This document shows, in pieces, positions 1 to 13,881 of a stretch of 64,000 bases of DNA. The position numbers and the translations under genes are program-made. Every line of letters starts with the position of its first letter. Within the stretch, counting starts at the first letter, position 1. The DNA is from Octopus sinensis (lineage: Eukaryota). Below the pieces are notes generated by a model. The model was not told where the DNA came from. It did not search any database and worked only from the letters and a program-made list of their open reading frames with translations. The stretch is taken from assembly GCF_006345805.1 (NCBI RefSeq), contig NC_043020.1, positions 4,464,001 to 4,528,000 on the forward strand, written 5' to 3'.

Positions 1-348
1 AGAAAATGCCAAAAAGCCTTTTATAGCAGGTACAAAAAGTGGTTGGCAGATTCAAAGCATCTAAAGATCAAATCATAATAGCGTTAGGTTATAATGCATT
101 AGGTGGCAGTTTATGCGCTGGTTAATTATGGGACAGCATGACATAAACATTAACAGTTCTTGTACTGGTGTAAACGTAAACACACACACACATATGATAT
201 TCTCATTTCAATGATTATTTAATTTTTTGTTATTTTCATTGATTATCTTGAAAATTGTATCTCCCTTGATTTATGCGATTTTGATTTGCACAGAGACTCA
301 TAAATTGAGGTAAAGTCGTATGTGTGTGTGTAATCTATAACCTAAAAC

Positions 349-385
<37 letters not shown>

Positions 386-527
386 GTGTGTGTGTCTCAT
401 AACTTGTAGCTATAGGTGTTTTATGCATGTGTATACACTCATGTTTATATGTATGACCTGTAGTGTGTGTTTTGTATACATGTAAGTGTATAGTGTGTAA
501 CTTACAGCCATATGTGTTCTGTTTCAG

Positions 528-673
528 TTGAGTGATGCCATTAGTATTATTGGTCGAGAAGACTTTCCTGATAAATGGCCAGATCTAATCCGTGAAATGG
601 TTGAACATTTGGTCAGCCGAGATTTCCATATTGTGAATGGGATTCTGAGGACAGCACATTCGTTATTTAAAAG
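528..673 (+). CDS. CSE1L: CSE1L exon 1/20 in window ([17 protein letters not shown]...HSLFKR)
   Basis: tttcag acceptor, gtaagt donor, 146 nt, phase 0 to 2. Confidence 0.95.
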
Positions 674-3600
674 GTAAGTGTCAGGGTAAGGTCGTTTGGG
701 GTTGTGGGATGTTTGTGCTGAGTTAGATTTTCTGGCAACCTTTACCACACTCCATGCTTCTTTGACGATACTCTCTGTTTCCACTGTTCCCTCTGTTGTT
801 CTATCCATTACAGTTCTTTCATAGCAATAAATCCATTCATCAAGAGATGTTCACCTTGTGACTTCACCAGTGTTGGTGCCATAAAAAGCACCCAGTACAT
901 TCTATGAACAATTATTAAACTGAAGTGAGCAGCAGCAATCAAGGATAGAGATTCTTTAATTTTGCTAATGCCATGAAAAATGTTCCCAGTATACTCCCTA
1001 AAATGGTTGATGTTAGAAAGGGTATTCAGCCATTGAAATCTTATCAAAGCTTTAGAGCAGGTCATGATCCTTTGACCACTAAATCTTGTCAAACCAGCAT
1101 GGTAAACAGGTGTAAAATGATGATGATGACAATTGTGGGTTCAGCTACAGCCTTTGATATTTCTTCTGAGATTCTTTTTTTTTTTTTGTCACATTTTGTG
1201 AAGAACAGTTTTATTACTTATAGGTATTGTATGAACCAATAATTGGTTCACTGTTTGTGATATTGAGAAAGGCAAGGGAATATCTTTGAAACTTTGACAG
1301 AATAATTACCACGAGGTAATTTTTGTAACACATTTGTTTAACAGTTCTCTTTTCGATGTTTATATTTTCTGCTGATATACACTAGCAAAAGCTATGTACA
1401 TTTAGGTAGGTGCAGTGTGATTGGGTAGGTCTGAGTTTGATCTCACTGTGTGTTATCTTAAGCAAGTGTCCCCTACTCTAACATGAGACTAACAAATGCT
1501 TTTGTGAAATTTAGATGGAGACGTTATGAAAACATGTCATATGCGTTTATGCTTATGCATGTACATTCTTGTTTCTGTTTATCCTTGCATCGTACCATTT
1601 AAGCCAAAAATGATGACACTTGTTTACACGCCCTGTAAGCATCTGGTATCTCAGTATTTCTATTAGTTTCAGTATGTGAAAACCAGTGGAATAAAAAATA
1701 TATTACGTGTAGGGATTAGCAAAAGGAAGGACATATGAATACCATAAATTTTGTTGAATCCATGACAACAGGATAAAAAACCAAATTAGAACAATGTCTT
1801 CCTCAGCTTTCTCTTCTGATTCCTTCCAATATAACATTTCTTTGCCCATCTCTTATCATCCAAGCATGTCTGTACCATTGCAGTTGTCTTTCTTGCACAT
1901 TTCATCCAATTCCTCTCATACCCATTATTTTTTCTTTTTGGCTCATCTTTGCTTCATTAGTCATGTATGCTCTTTCTTCCACAAATTTTCTACATTAACC
2001 AATCTCTCATAGTAACATTTTCAGGCTTCTTTCTTCTCAGCATCAATGGCTGTAAGTGCACCATTGTCATTTCACACATACTTTTTCTCATCATCTTGAT
2101 TTACCCTGACATACTGCATTTCAATCTGGAATACCTCATACTTCTGATCCTCTCATCACAGAACACTGGCAAATCCCCTGCTTTTGACTTCTCTCTGCTC
2201 TGTGTAAACTTGTCTAGCTTCTTTTGTGGTAATTGTGATGTTGGTTTTTACTACTACTTCTTTTTTTTTTTATTCTTTGCAAGCTGGTCTTTTAGCTTTT
2301 ATGGCTTTAGCCTCAGTAGTATTCCATTACCTTGTTATCCTTTCACTTAGCTGGAGCCTTTCTCCAGCTGTAGATCTGTTCTGTAGCTTTCTGGCAGTTA
2401 TCTTGTAGAATCTCCCAGTTGTTTTCTGTGTTATAGTTTTTGATATTCTCTTCATTTACATCATATGCATCATCTGGAATTGCTTTGAAGAATGCATTTA
2501 GCAGAGGATTGCCAGCATTAGTCTGTCCTGTTTCCCGGTGAAAATGAAACCTACTTGATTGGTAGGTGATCGAATGGCTGATTCATTTCCTGAAGTTTGT
2601 GCTGCAGATAGTAAATTCATTTGCATCACAAAAGTCCAGGAGCCTTGATCTATTGTCATTTCTAGATCCATATCAATAGTCACCATATATTCCACAATAG
2701 ACATCATGGTGTTGCCCAACATGTCCATTAAAGTCGTCAGCAATGACAATGGTGTTGTTGTTGTTTGTTATCAAAGTAGTTCATAAAAGAGCCTCGTAAA
2801 AAGTCTTTTTGTTTGCCAGAATGTCATGGTTGTAATATGTTAGCAGAGATAACAATTGCTTTTGCTTTGTTATCTACAACAACTCTAAATTTATTTTGTT
2901 ACATAATCTTGTTACTGGAGTTCAATTACCCACTTTCCATCTGCCTAAATCAATATTGTTACCTTCTCAGAAGATTTTGTACCAGTTGTCTTTGATGGGT
3001 GAATCCATGTAAACCAGGGACGAAAAAAGGAACTTTGAAACCCACCATCGCAGATTTTCACCAAATTTTGACCAGTTGTTCTTATCAGTAAGAACAGAAA
3101 AAGTGAAAAATTTCAGGCTTCCAATTCCTAATGGCTCAAAAGTTCTGACAATTTATAATTTGGCCCAAATCATCCATTTTTAGGCTAGTGGTGGCCATTT
3201 CGAATTTCAATGCCGCAACAAATGATGCAGTAACTTTCAATCTACATGAACTGTTTTGCTGAAAATTTGTACCTCACCATTTTTCAGGATGCTGAATCTG
3301 AATTGGAAGAGAAAAGAGTGCATTTCTTATGGTAAAGTGCTTGTTTTCTTGAATCAAAATGGAAATACTTCACTGTTTTCCTCCGAGACTGCTGTGTATT
3401 CAAAGCCAAATACTCAGAAGTGTCCAAATCCTACAGCTTTAAAACTGTTTGCACATAAACTGGACATAATCTTTTACTTGTGTGTAAAAAATCTCAATGG
3501 TACTCTCAAGACATCAAAAGTTGTTATTCATCTCAGAAGATAATTTTTGAATTTTTCTCAAAAGCAAATGCTGTGTCAGAAAATTGATTGCATTTGACCA

Positions 3601-6600
3601 GTCAGTTAAAAACAATCAATGCATGCAGCATTGATGGTAAGTCACTGTCCAACAGGTAATAATGCAACAGATATCATTTTCAGACTTCGCTTATATATAA
3701 CATTTCTGAGCTATATTAATCCTGTTGTGACCAAGAGACTTTGTACACTTCAGTCCATACCAAATTTTCACAAGTTCTGGGAATTTTTGTACCATGATGA
3801 AACTCTGCACACAATGTTATGTATTCTGTATCAGTAAAGTTTGCATGTCATCATTTTGCTCTATATGGTGTTCTTCTTCCAGAAATATTGTCATCAGTTA
3901 CTTCTGAGCAGCCAATATTTTCCAAAACATGTTGGCACTACATTGAAAAGAGCTCAAATTTTAATATTTTGGTCTATCCACCTTCAGCAGAATGGTTGCC
4001 AAAAGAAAACTACACTAGATATGAAGCTTGTTTTTCTTTTGAAACAACAGTAGATAAATTTCAGTTATATATATCAGACAAATTTTCAGACCTGCTGTTT
4101 GTGAATGAAAATCATGAGGAAAGAAAATTAGGGTGTTTGTTTAATTCAATAACTTCTTATCACTTGGCTGTTTCAATTCACTTGCCCTGAAAGTCGGTCT
4201 GAAATCTTGAGCCTAGTATTGCAACAACACTCACTTTCAAGCAGTATAAAAGCATTTAGTTGCAAGGAGTAGAATTTGAAATCATGTACAATCAATGGAA
4301 ATTCAAAACTGTTCATGATCTGTTGAACAGTTTTGAAGTGCTGTGTATTCTCAAATACTCATTGTGATTATGAATTGCACACAATGGATAGAAATCAAGT
4401 CATGAAAAGTCAAACTGTAAAAAGATGCACATTCGTCAGCAAAAATGTGTGTTTACCAGGTTGAAAAAGAGCAAACTTTTAAATTTGGGATAACAATATT
4501 GCAGCAAAGGAATTTGGAAAATTTCCATTTTTACAAAACAATATCTTGTGTGGGTGGGGATTTGACAGAATGTGTCCTTTTGTCAAAAATTTCATCAAAG
4601 TGTGCCTTCCTGTGAGTCATGAATATGTCTCTTGTTTTCTAGAATATGAGCAGAAGAATAGTGTGTCAAACTTGGGGAATGAAATAATTGTGCTCCCATA
4701 TCTCAATTTAAACTCAAAAATACCACAATTCAAACTCTATTGAAAGAAGGCTCAACAATCCTTTTACAAACAACAAAATTCCAAACATTCACATGGTAAG
4801 TATATCCTTGATCAGTTCAGTGACATTTTTCTGTCAGATGGCACTGTCGAGCAGATAGTGATGACAATTGAGGAGGCTCAATTCTGGCAACCACATGTGT
4901 CAGTGGTACCGAGCATAAACCATGTCTTGTTGGCCAGCTCAATTTGGAAGGTGCAGATACATGAATTTCACCCTCACATCATTTGTCCCCCCAATCTATC
5001 TGGACAGCAATGCCAACCCAGTGTCGTTTATTATATCTGCCAAGAAGGTATTGAGAAAGTTTGATATCACCTGTATTAAGTTTGCGCTGAATGTGTTTGT
5101 CCTGAAAGTCAAACTCGAGCAATACTCTCAACATTTGACTCTGTTTCATCTTGATTCTGTGGTCTGAAGTTGGAGCAAACTGGTGATAACTTCTGCTGCC
5201 TGGAATAATTTTGGCTAAAGTGAATCTTTCAGTCAGCTCATTTCAACTGGAGTCCATTGCTGTTGAAGGAATGTACACAAATGTGATTCATTGAATTGAA
5301 CTTTGACAGAATTCAAAAATCTGTTTTGCAGGCAGAATTTGAGAAGCAGTTGGTCTCTGCAGGCTGGCTCTTGCTGTCAATCTTTTCACAGTCCTTTCTA
5401 TTCCATCACAGAGTGACTTACCATGACTGATGGCAAAAAAGTTCCACACACAACTGATTGCTAAATCTGTGAGGTGATGATAAGGATTGAGGAAACGCTT
5501 GCAATTCTTATATTGAATACCACAACCATCTGAAAAAAATGAATAACTTCATTTGAAGGATTCAGCCTTTCCTTTATGTGATCTGTTGTCTCCTTCTGAA
5601 CCTTGTGAACAAAACCAACATCATGATCAAGATCATCAGAAATGATGCAAATGGAAGAATAGTCAAGCACAGTTTGATTGCGAAAATAGACAACCACAAG
5701 ATGGAGTGATCACTGGATCTTATTGCAGTGGTATCCCTGGATTTCATCTTGCACAACAAACGAATAGCTTTCAGTGAAGTCTCCCAAAACTTTGGCTTCA
5801 TTTGGCCCTATCATTTCTTTGAGGTGTTTCAAATAAGTTGACTGGCCATGAGTAATGAATGAATGCAAGGTGATTTTGTCAATTTTTTCTTATTTCTTTA
5901 TTGTCCACAAGAGGCTAAGGGGGGACAAACATCAGGACATAAGTCGATTAGATCGTCGCCAGTGCGTAACTGGTACTTAATTTATCGACCCTGAAAGGAT
6001 GAAAAGCAAAGTTGACCTTGACGGAATTTATAATAATAATCCGTTCTACTATAGGCACAAGGCCTGGATTTGTGTGTGTATGTGTATGGGGGTGGGTACA
6101 CTCGATCGCATCGACCTCAGTATTTGACTGGTACTTAATTTGTCAACCCCTAAGGAATGAAAGCAAAGTTGACATCGGCGGAATTTGAACTCAGAATGTT
6201 GCGGCAGACGAAATACCTATTTCTTTACTACCCACAAGGGGCTAAACATAGAGAGGACAAACGGATTAAGTTGATTATATCGACCCCAGTGCATAACTGG
6301 TACTTATTTAATCGACCCCCAAAAGGATGAAAGGCAAAGTCAACCTTGGCGGAATTTGAACTCAGAACGTACCGGCAGACGAAATACTACTAAGCATTTC
6401 GCTTGGCCTGCTAACGTTTGTGCCAGCTCGCCACCTTCAGTGTCAAATTTTTCTGTTAGAAGGTCAACAAATTCTTGAACAGACAGTGACAAGTTCAGTT
6501 CTGTCACTTTCAAACCAGCAGAAATTTTTTAAAATTCGTTATTTCTGAATCTGACTGATTTCTGGATTAATCTACAAGGATTCTTCCTTCTTCAGCAAGA

Positions 6601-7350
6601 AACATGGTTAGAAATAAATGGAATACTCACATATACCCATGGAAAAAGCAGATGTAAAGTCACAAGTATGTTTAAGTACCTCAAATATATCTAAAATTTC
6701 TGCCGGCTTGCTTTCCTTGTTTCAGCATGCTGTGTATTTATATTGAAAAATATTATATGTGGTTAGACGATCTAAAGTCTATTTTTTTGCATATAGACAT
6801 AGAAAATTTTTCCTTTTGCCCTTATTTATAATTGTTTATCTTTTCACCTTGAAAGGTATTTTAATATGCTGGCCACTGATTATTTTTTTAATCGTTTTTG
6901 AAAAATGTTTTCCTTATATTAGAAGTATATATATATATATATATATGTACGTATATATTCCTCTCCGTGTTTCTTCATATTCCAGGTATCGGCATGAATT
7001 TAAATCTCAGGAACTTTGGACAGAGATCAAATTTGTTTTGGATAATTTTGCTGCCCAATTTACTCAGCTCTTTATTGTAAGACTTGTATTTTTCTTTTTG
7101 CATTTATATTCTTGTGTTTACCCCCAGATTAGACTTATAATTCAAGACATTCCAGGCATGACCTTTTTTCAGGAATATTTAAGACTGCATCATGTAACGT
7201 GTCCTTGTTCTTTTTTTTTTAAGATGGTAGGGTATAATTTGGAGGGGGATATTGTTACTATTTCTTGTTGGTTGAGTAACTGTAGACCAGCAGTTCCCAA
7301 CCTTTTCTATATGAAAAACTTTTTATTTTAATGGATTTTCCTATGGCCCC

Positions 7351-7387
<37 letters not shown>

Positions 7388-10300
7388 GTGGACATAAATT
7401 CCACTCAATAAATGCTTTTTAGCCACTCCCTTGGCAGGAACACACAAAGATTTCTTTTAGACAATAGATACCCCTTCTCTCTAACACTTCTAAACTCTCT
7501 ACCAAACTATATTTAAAGAAGACTTCAATGAAAAATCTCCAAACATGTTCTTGCCCCACACCCCCACCCCGAAGAAGATAAACTGTTTTTACTTCTAATT
7601 TTTATAAATTTTTACTGATATTTGATAAGATGAGATGCATCAAAACCTGTAATATTTTCTTTATATGATTTTTAAAATCATTTTTATTAAATTCCCTCTG
7701 AAATTGAAACATCTTAGACTTACTTCAGTGCTATTTCCACTGCCATCTTTATATATATATATATATATATAACAGGCTTCTTTCAGTTTGCGTCTACCAA
7801 ATCCACTCACAAGTTTTGTTTGGCCCAAGGCTATAGTAGAAGACACTTGCTCAAGGTGCCATACAGTGGAACTGAACTTTGAACCATGTCATTGGGAAAA
7901 AAAGCTTCTTACCTTTTCTTTACCAGTTTCAGCTCACGAGCTGTGGCCATGTTGGGGCACTAGCATTTGCTTTGCTACAATTTCACTAAACCTCCTCTTG
8001 ATATGTGGCATTTGGTGAATGAGGAAATTTGATGTTGCTGCCATTATCTGTGTTTTTTGCTGCATGGTAAGTTCTTCCAGAACTCTTGACAGGAGGGGAT
8101 CCAGTTTTGTTTCAGAGATACCCACATCCACCCCATGTAAGTCTCCCAGGCTATGTGGGAGGATATTGAAGTGTGGGCCTTGAGACCCAAGCTGTTGCTA
8201 TATCTGGCCCTGTATCATGTTGGCATTGCTCTAATATTTGGTACTATGCAGGGGTGCCCCATTCTGCTGTTTGTGTAACTTACAATGCCAGAGTTTGCTA
8301 CAAGTTCTTCTAGGGTTTTCCAGATGCATATCACTATGTATCTTTCCTGCTTTTGTTTTAGGGAATAGAGTCTTAACTTTTTCAGCCTCTTGTAGTAGCT
8401 GACATGTTGTGTTATCTTTTTTGTATAGCTTTGCTGGATTGCTTCGAGTTCTGTTGTTAATTTTCACAGGAAGCAGTAATCTAATTGGCTGAGAACAAAT
8501 ATCCTCCAGAGGACCATCGTGGTTTCCTGTTCTCTTGTTCTGAAAGTTCTAAGGATCCATCCAACCAACCAACCAATTGCATTTTATTGCCAATTTAGTA
8601 ATATGCACCTGGAAAGATGTATCATTATTCATGTCACTTCCCAGATCATGCCCTGATTTTGATTCAGGAATTGCAATTCATCCTGGGCCCATGTTATCTT
8701 ATATATTTATACAAACACACACCATGATTTATAAGATTAAATATGTATATATAGACTATATTTTATTAGGTTAGTTTGTGTATATAAACATGTTTTGCTA
8801 GCTTAGCTGTATTTTAAGCCATATTTTACTTGGTAAGCTGTATGTATGTAGTATAAACTCATCTTTTATGAGGTCAGCTGTATTGGCAGTATGTATATAA
8901 ACACATGTATATATAAATTCTTTTCCTAAGTAAGCTGCATGTATGTAAACATGCTCTACAGGTTAGGGGTGCATATATAAATATATGTTACTAGATTAGA
9001 TGTGAATACAGAAATCAGTTGTGAAATTATAGGTAGTGGTAGTAATTGTAGTGATATATGTAACAATATTTGGAGTAGTAGTAGAAGGTAATAGTAGTAG
9101 TAATATTCACTATAATAATGTAAGTAGCAGCAATAAGGTAGAAGTTGGAATAGTAATTTTAACTGAAACCTGTTTATATATTTCAGAGTTGTAATTGTGT
9201 AGCAACCTCAACTGAGACTGACTGTTGAAACTGAGGCACCTTCATTATAAAACAGTCATCTAATAATACAGAAGTTGTTTATTCTTTTTTTGAAATTTCA
9301 TGAAATGTTAACAATTTTATAGCCCATCTGCAACTTGGTCATTGCAGAAAATTTTGAGAATTCACGGAATTAAGTGATTTCAATAGTTTTGTGTGTTATT
9401 AAATGGCTAGAATTGTATTCCATGATGTAATTATTAATTACTGTACTGTTTCTCTTTATTTGATCCCTAGACCACCATGCAATTGGCTGAGAACCACAGT
9501 AATGACCCTGTTGCCTTGAAGGTTATATTCAGCTCCATTGTTCTCATGTGTAAAATATTTTATAGTTTAAACTATCAGGTAAGTCTTCTTCCACTCTACA
9601 CGACCTTCGTCATTCCTCATCACACTCCAATTACATTTGATTTTTGTGTCTTTCCTCTTCTAGCCCTTGACCCATATTACCTTCCACACTGCTCCCTAGC
9701 ATTCATATCTAAATTAAACTGTCAAACATAATTGTGTTTTGTCCTAAATACCTGCTTATTAATGAAAAGGTTATGTTAACTAAATTCTTTTATATTGTTA
9801 ATTATTTTCAAAATTCATTAAAACACACAGGCGTTGTATTTAATTAGAAATACTGTCGTGTAAGGCTTAATGCAATTGGACCCATATTTTGTTTTTGTTT
9901 AGCTCTCTAGGTTAGCTCTAATCCATTAGGCTTTTGATTCAAAGACATTTCCCCTTCCTCACATATATATGGTGGTATGAGACAGTAGCAAGATAAGGAA
10001 TAATGGAAGAGACACTTGTCAGTCAAAGGTAATGGAAGAGAGGAAGTGATGTTTGTTAGTATGAGAAAGTAAGAGAGTGGTGGATAGTTGTAGAGATTGC
10101 AAGAGTGAATGATGGATGTTATTAATAACAGACAAAATAGCTTGTAGTTAGTTGTGCCTCTTCATGTTCTGAATTCAAATTTCACCCAGGTTAACCTTGC
10201 CTTTTTTCTTTCAGAGCTCAAGAAATTCAGTACAGGGTTTGATGTAATAGACTAAACCCTTGAAAGCTATGTTATCTCAGCATGATTGAAACAAGTGAAA

Positions 10301-13254
10301 GAATAGTGCATCTAAGTCAATTCCAGATGTGTTCTTTTTTTAAGATAATATTGTATAATTTCAAGGAGATTTTGCTGTTATTTCTCACATGTTGAGCAGT
10401 GCCATAAATACTCATTTTTTGGCATGGCTTGAACATAGTAGATTTCAATTTTATTTTATGGTTTATATTGGTCTTGTTTAAATTTTATGAAGGTTAACTT
10501 ACTGGACTGGACTATTGATCACATGACTATTCAGTAATCCAAATTTTACTATGACTAAGTGCTTCCTAAACAAGAGCTACATAACTACATTTTTTGTCAA
10601 ACTTTCACTACATTTTCAATCTTAATGGCGCTCTTAATTTGTTTTTTTATCCTTGTACTGCAACCATAAAAATACTTTTACTGAATTTAGACATTGGTGC
10701 AGATATGGCTGTGTGTGTACAAAGTTCTTTTCCCAACTGCATGGTTTCGGTTTGTGTCCTATGGCGTGGTGCCTTGATCAAGTGTCTTTTACTGTAGCCT
10801 CAGGCTGGCCAATCTTTTGTGAGTAAAATTCAAGAAACAAACACAGCATGGAAAATGGACATTAAATGATGATAATGTATAAGAACCCCATTAAATATAT
10901 GTTTATCATGATCATCATCATTTTTATATCTTTTATGATTGTAATGCAGGCATGAATTGGATAGTTTACAAGAATGGTGTGATTTTTAATGCTGACCCTC
11001 TTCCTAATAGCAACCATATTTTTTGGTAGCCTCAGTAATATAAAAATGTTCTTGCCCTTCAGTACAGGAAGAATCCTCTCTGCCCTGTGTTATTCCTACT
11101 TAATTCACGAATCACTTTGGTTTGTACTGGGTGTTTTCTTTCATTGCACCAGCACTTATGAATTCACCTTCTAACTTGTTCTTTACTCTTTCAAGTTACA
11201 AAGTGACCCTCACCACTGAGAGGAAGAATAGGAAAATGGTTGGTGACAAAGAGAAGGGACAGAGAAAGAATCAGAGAGTGATGGGGAGAAAAGTGGGATG
11301 GGTTGATTAAGGGCAAGTTCAGGGTTACCTTATATATAAGTGTGTGGGGATGTGAGACTGAAAATGTAAAACAAAACAGAAATGTAAGACAAATTATCTG
11401 GTGCAAATATTGTATCATGATTTTAACTTTTATTTGTAGGATATTCCAGAACATTTTGAGGACAATATGGCTACATGGATGGCTCATTTCAAAACTCTCT
11501 TGCAAGTGGACAATAAATTGTTACAGACACAGGTAAACAGATGGGGCTCTTTTTTTTTTTTTTTGAATTGTTGCTACAATAGAATTTGTTTGTGTTTAGG
11601 TTGTGTAGTGACCCCAGCTTAACCCAATCCATCATGAGATCACTGATCAAGGACTATCGAGCTGCAGTCATCTTGTCTACCTCGGGTGCAATCTATCTAG
11701 GACTACATTTTATTTTAATGTTGTGTTTTTTTTCCCCCTTTTTTTCAGTCATTTGACTGCAGCCATGGTGCTGCATCACCTCGAAGGACTTATTTTTAAA
11801 GCCTAGTACTTATACTATCAATCCCTTTCACCAAACTGGTAAGTTATAGGGATGTAAACACACCAACACTGGTGATCAAGTGGTGATGGGTGGGTGGGGG
11901 GCAAATACAGGTAAACACACACACACACGTTTATATAATAATAATAATAATAATAATAATAGGGGATATAATTCGGAAACTTATAGGGAAAAATTCAATT
12001 TAACAATTTTCAATCAAATTTCGCAATATATAATATATGTATATAATTTAGAGAAAAACCACTATTAAACAATTCAATAAAGAAAGATGTTATTCACACC
12101 ATATAGAAACATTTACTATAAAAAAAAAACAACCTTATTTTAAATCAATAAAGTACAATAAATAGTAAACAGTAGTAAAAAGACTACGCACGTTTCGTGG
12201 CCTGCCATAATGGCAGACAAAGGTCATTGCATTCTGTGTTCTTTCATGCATATATCAGGGACTCAAATGCTCTAATTGCTGACAGTAGACTTGAGCATTG
12301 ATTGTTCCCTTAGGTGGTAACAATTCAAAGTGAATTACTCCTTTGCAATCCCACCAGATAGAGAGAAGAACCTTTTTCCTATGAAGTTCCCTTCTCGGTT
12401 GTGGTTGCGCTTTTACCCTTTTACCAAGCCACTGTTTACCATGCTTAACACAGAGGATCCATTTTTCGTCACCAGTCATAAGTCTATCCAAAAGGGGTGA
12501 AATGCGTTCGTGAGAATGGAGAGAAGAGCAGATGTCAATTTGGGATTTGCGGTTGCTTTCAGACAATTCATGAGGCACCCATTTTCCAAGTTTAGGAACC
12601 TTTTCAAGTTGTTGAAAATGATGATGAATAGTTGTATGGTTTGAACTAAGCTTTATTGCCAATTCTTCAACTGATAATGCAGGATTTTCACAAGTAATGC
12701 CTCAAGGAGCTTATCATCAAACTCAGCTGGACGTCCCGTTCGATCATCTTCAAGGCTGAAATCTCCACTTCTGAATTTTGCAAACCATCTTCTGCAAGTT
12801 CTTTCATTCAAGCATTCTTTCCTATAAACTGAGTGTATGTTTCGAGTCGCTTCAGCTGCAGAGTTTACTTTTTTGTACTCATAAAGTATTATGTGCCTCA
12901 AATGCTCTTTGGATACTACCATGTTAGAAAGGGTTTTAATCAAAGAAAATTTAATTCTATTATTCTGTAAAATAATATTTAATTAGTTTAAATGTACTCA
13001 AATGCATATATATACATATATATATATATAATCATCATCATCATCATTGTTTAACGTCCATTTTCCATGCTAGCATGGGTTGGATTGTTAGACCGGGGTC
13101 TGGGAACCCAGGAGGCTGCACCAGGCTCCAGTCTGAACCGGCAGTGTTTCTACAACTGGATGCCCTTCCTAACGCCAACCACTCTGTGAGCGTAGTGGGT
13201 GCTTTTTACGGGTATCACAACTACAATTTCCTTTTGATTTTTAATATGATGTTG

Positions 13255-13289
<35 letters not shown>

Positions 13290-13842
13290 TAGATAGATAT
13301 ATATGAGTGTGTGTGTATATCTATATATGTATATAGATAGATATGTGTATATATAGAGATATGTGGATATATATATATATATTTAGAGAGAGAGAGAGAG
13401 TACGTAAATGAGATCTAGATAATCTCCATATAAAATACACTTAGTAGTGCTCAAGAGATTTAAACTTCAGCAGGTAAAGAAGTAAATGTAGGGGTCACCA
13501 AATATACTTCATATGTGCTTAGTTTGCTTATCCCTACATTTTGATATCTATATATATATAAAAATTTTAATTTAAAATGAGGTTACGAAATTAGATATTA
13601 ATTTAAGTAACATTGATTTCACACCAGTGGTCTAGCATATAAAAAAACTGAAGGTTCAGTAAAATTGTATTTTATACATATTAGAGGGAAACCACCATGT
13701 GGACACCCCTATGCCAGAAATAGATCTGCCATGGTCTCACCACTAAGAAATGTTCTCAAGAAAAATTTAGCTAAATTTTTCTTAGTGGTGTTACCATGGC
13801 AGATCTATTTCTGGCATAGGGGTGTCCACATGGTGGTTTCCC

Positions 13843-13881
<39 letters not shown>

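Noticed and set aside
6340-6437. tRNA gene
   Set aside because: Has a B-box but no cloverleaf; it is the head of a SINE.
6759-7331. 190-aa hydrophobic ORF
   Set aside because: Only 6986-7076 is exon; the rest is AT-rich intron read-through.
8231-8467. Possible gag-like ORF1 with a degenerate zinc knuckle
   Set aside because: Motif too decayed to assign a family with confidence.
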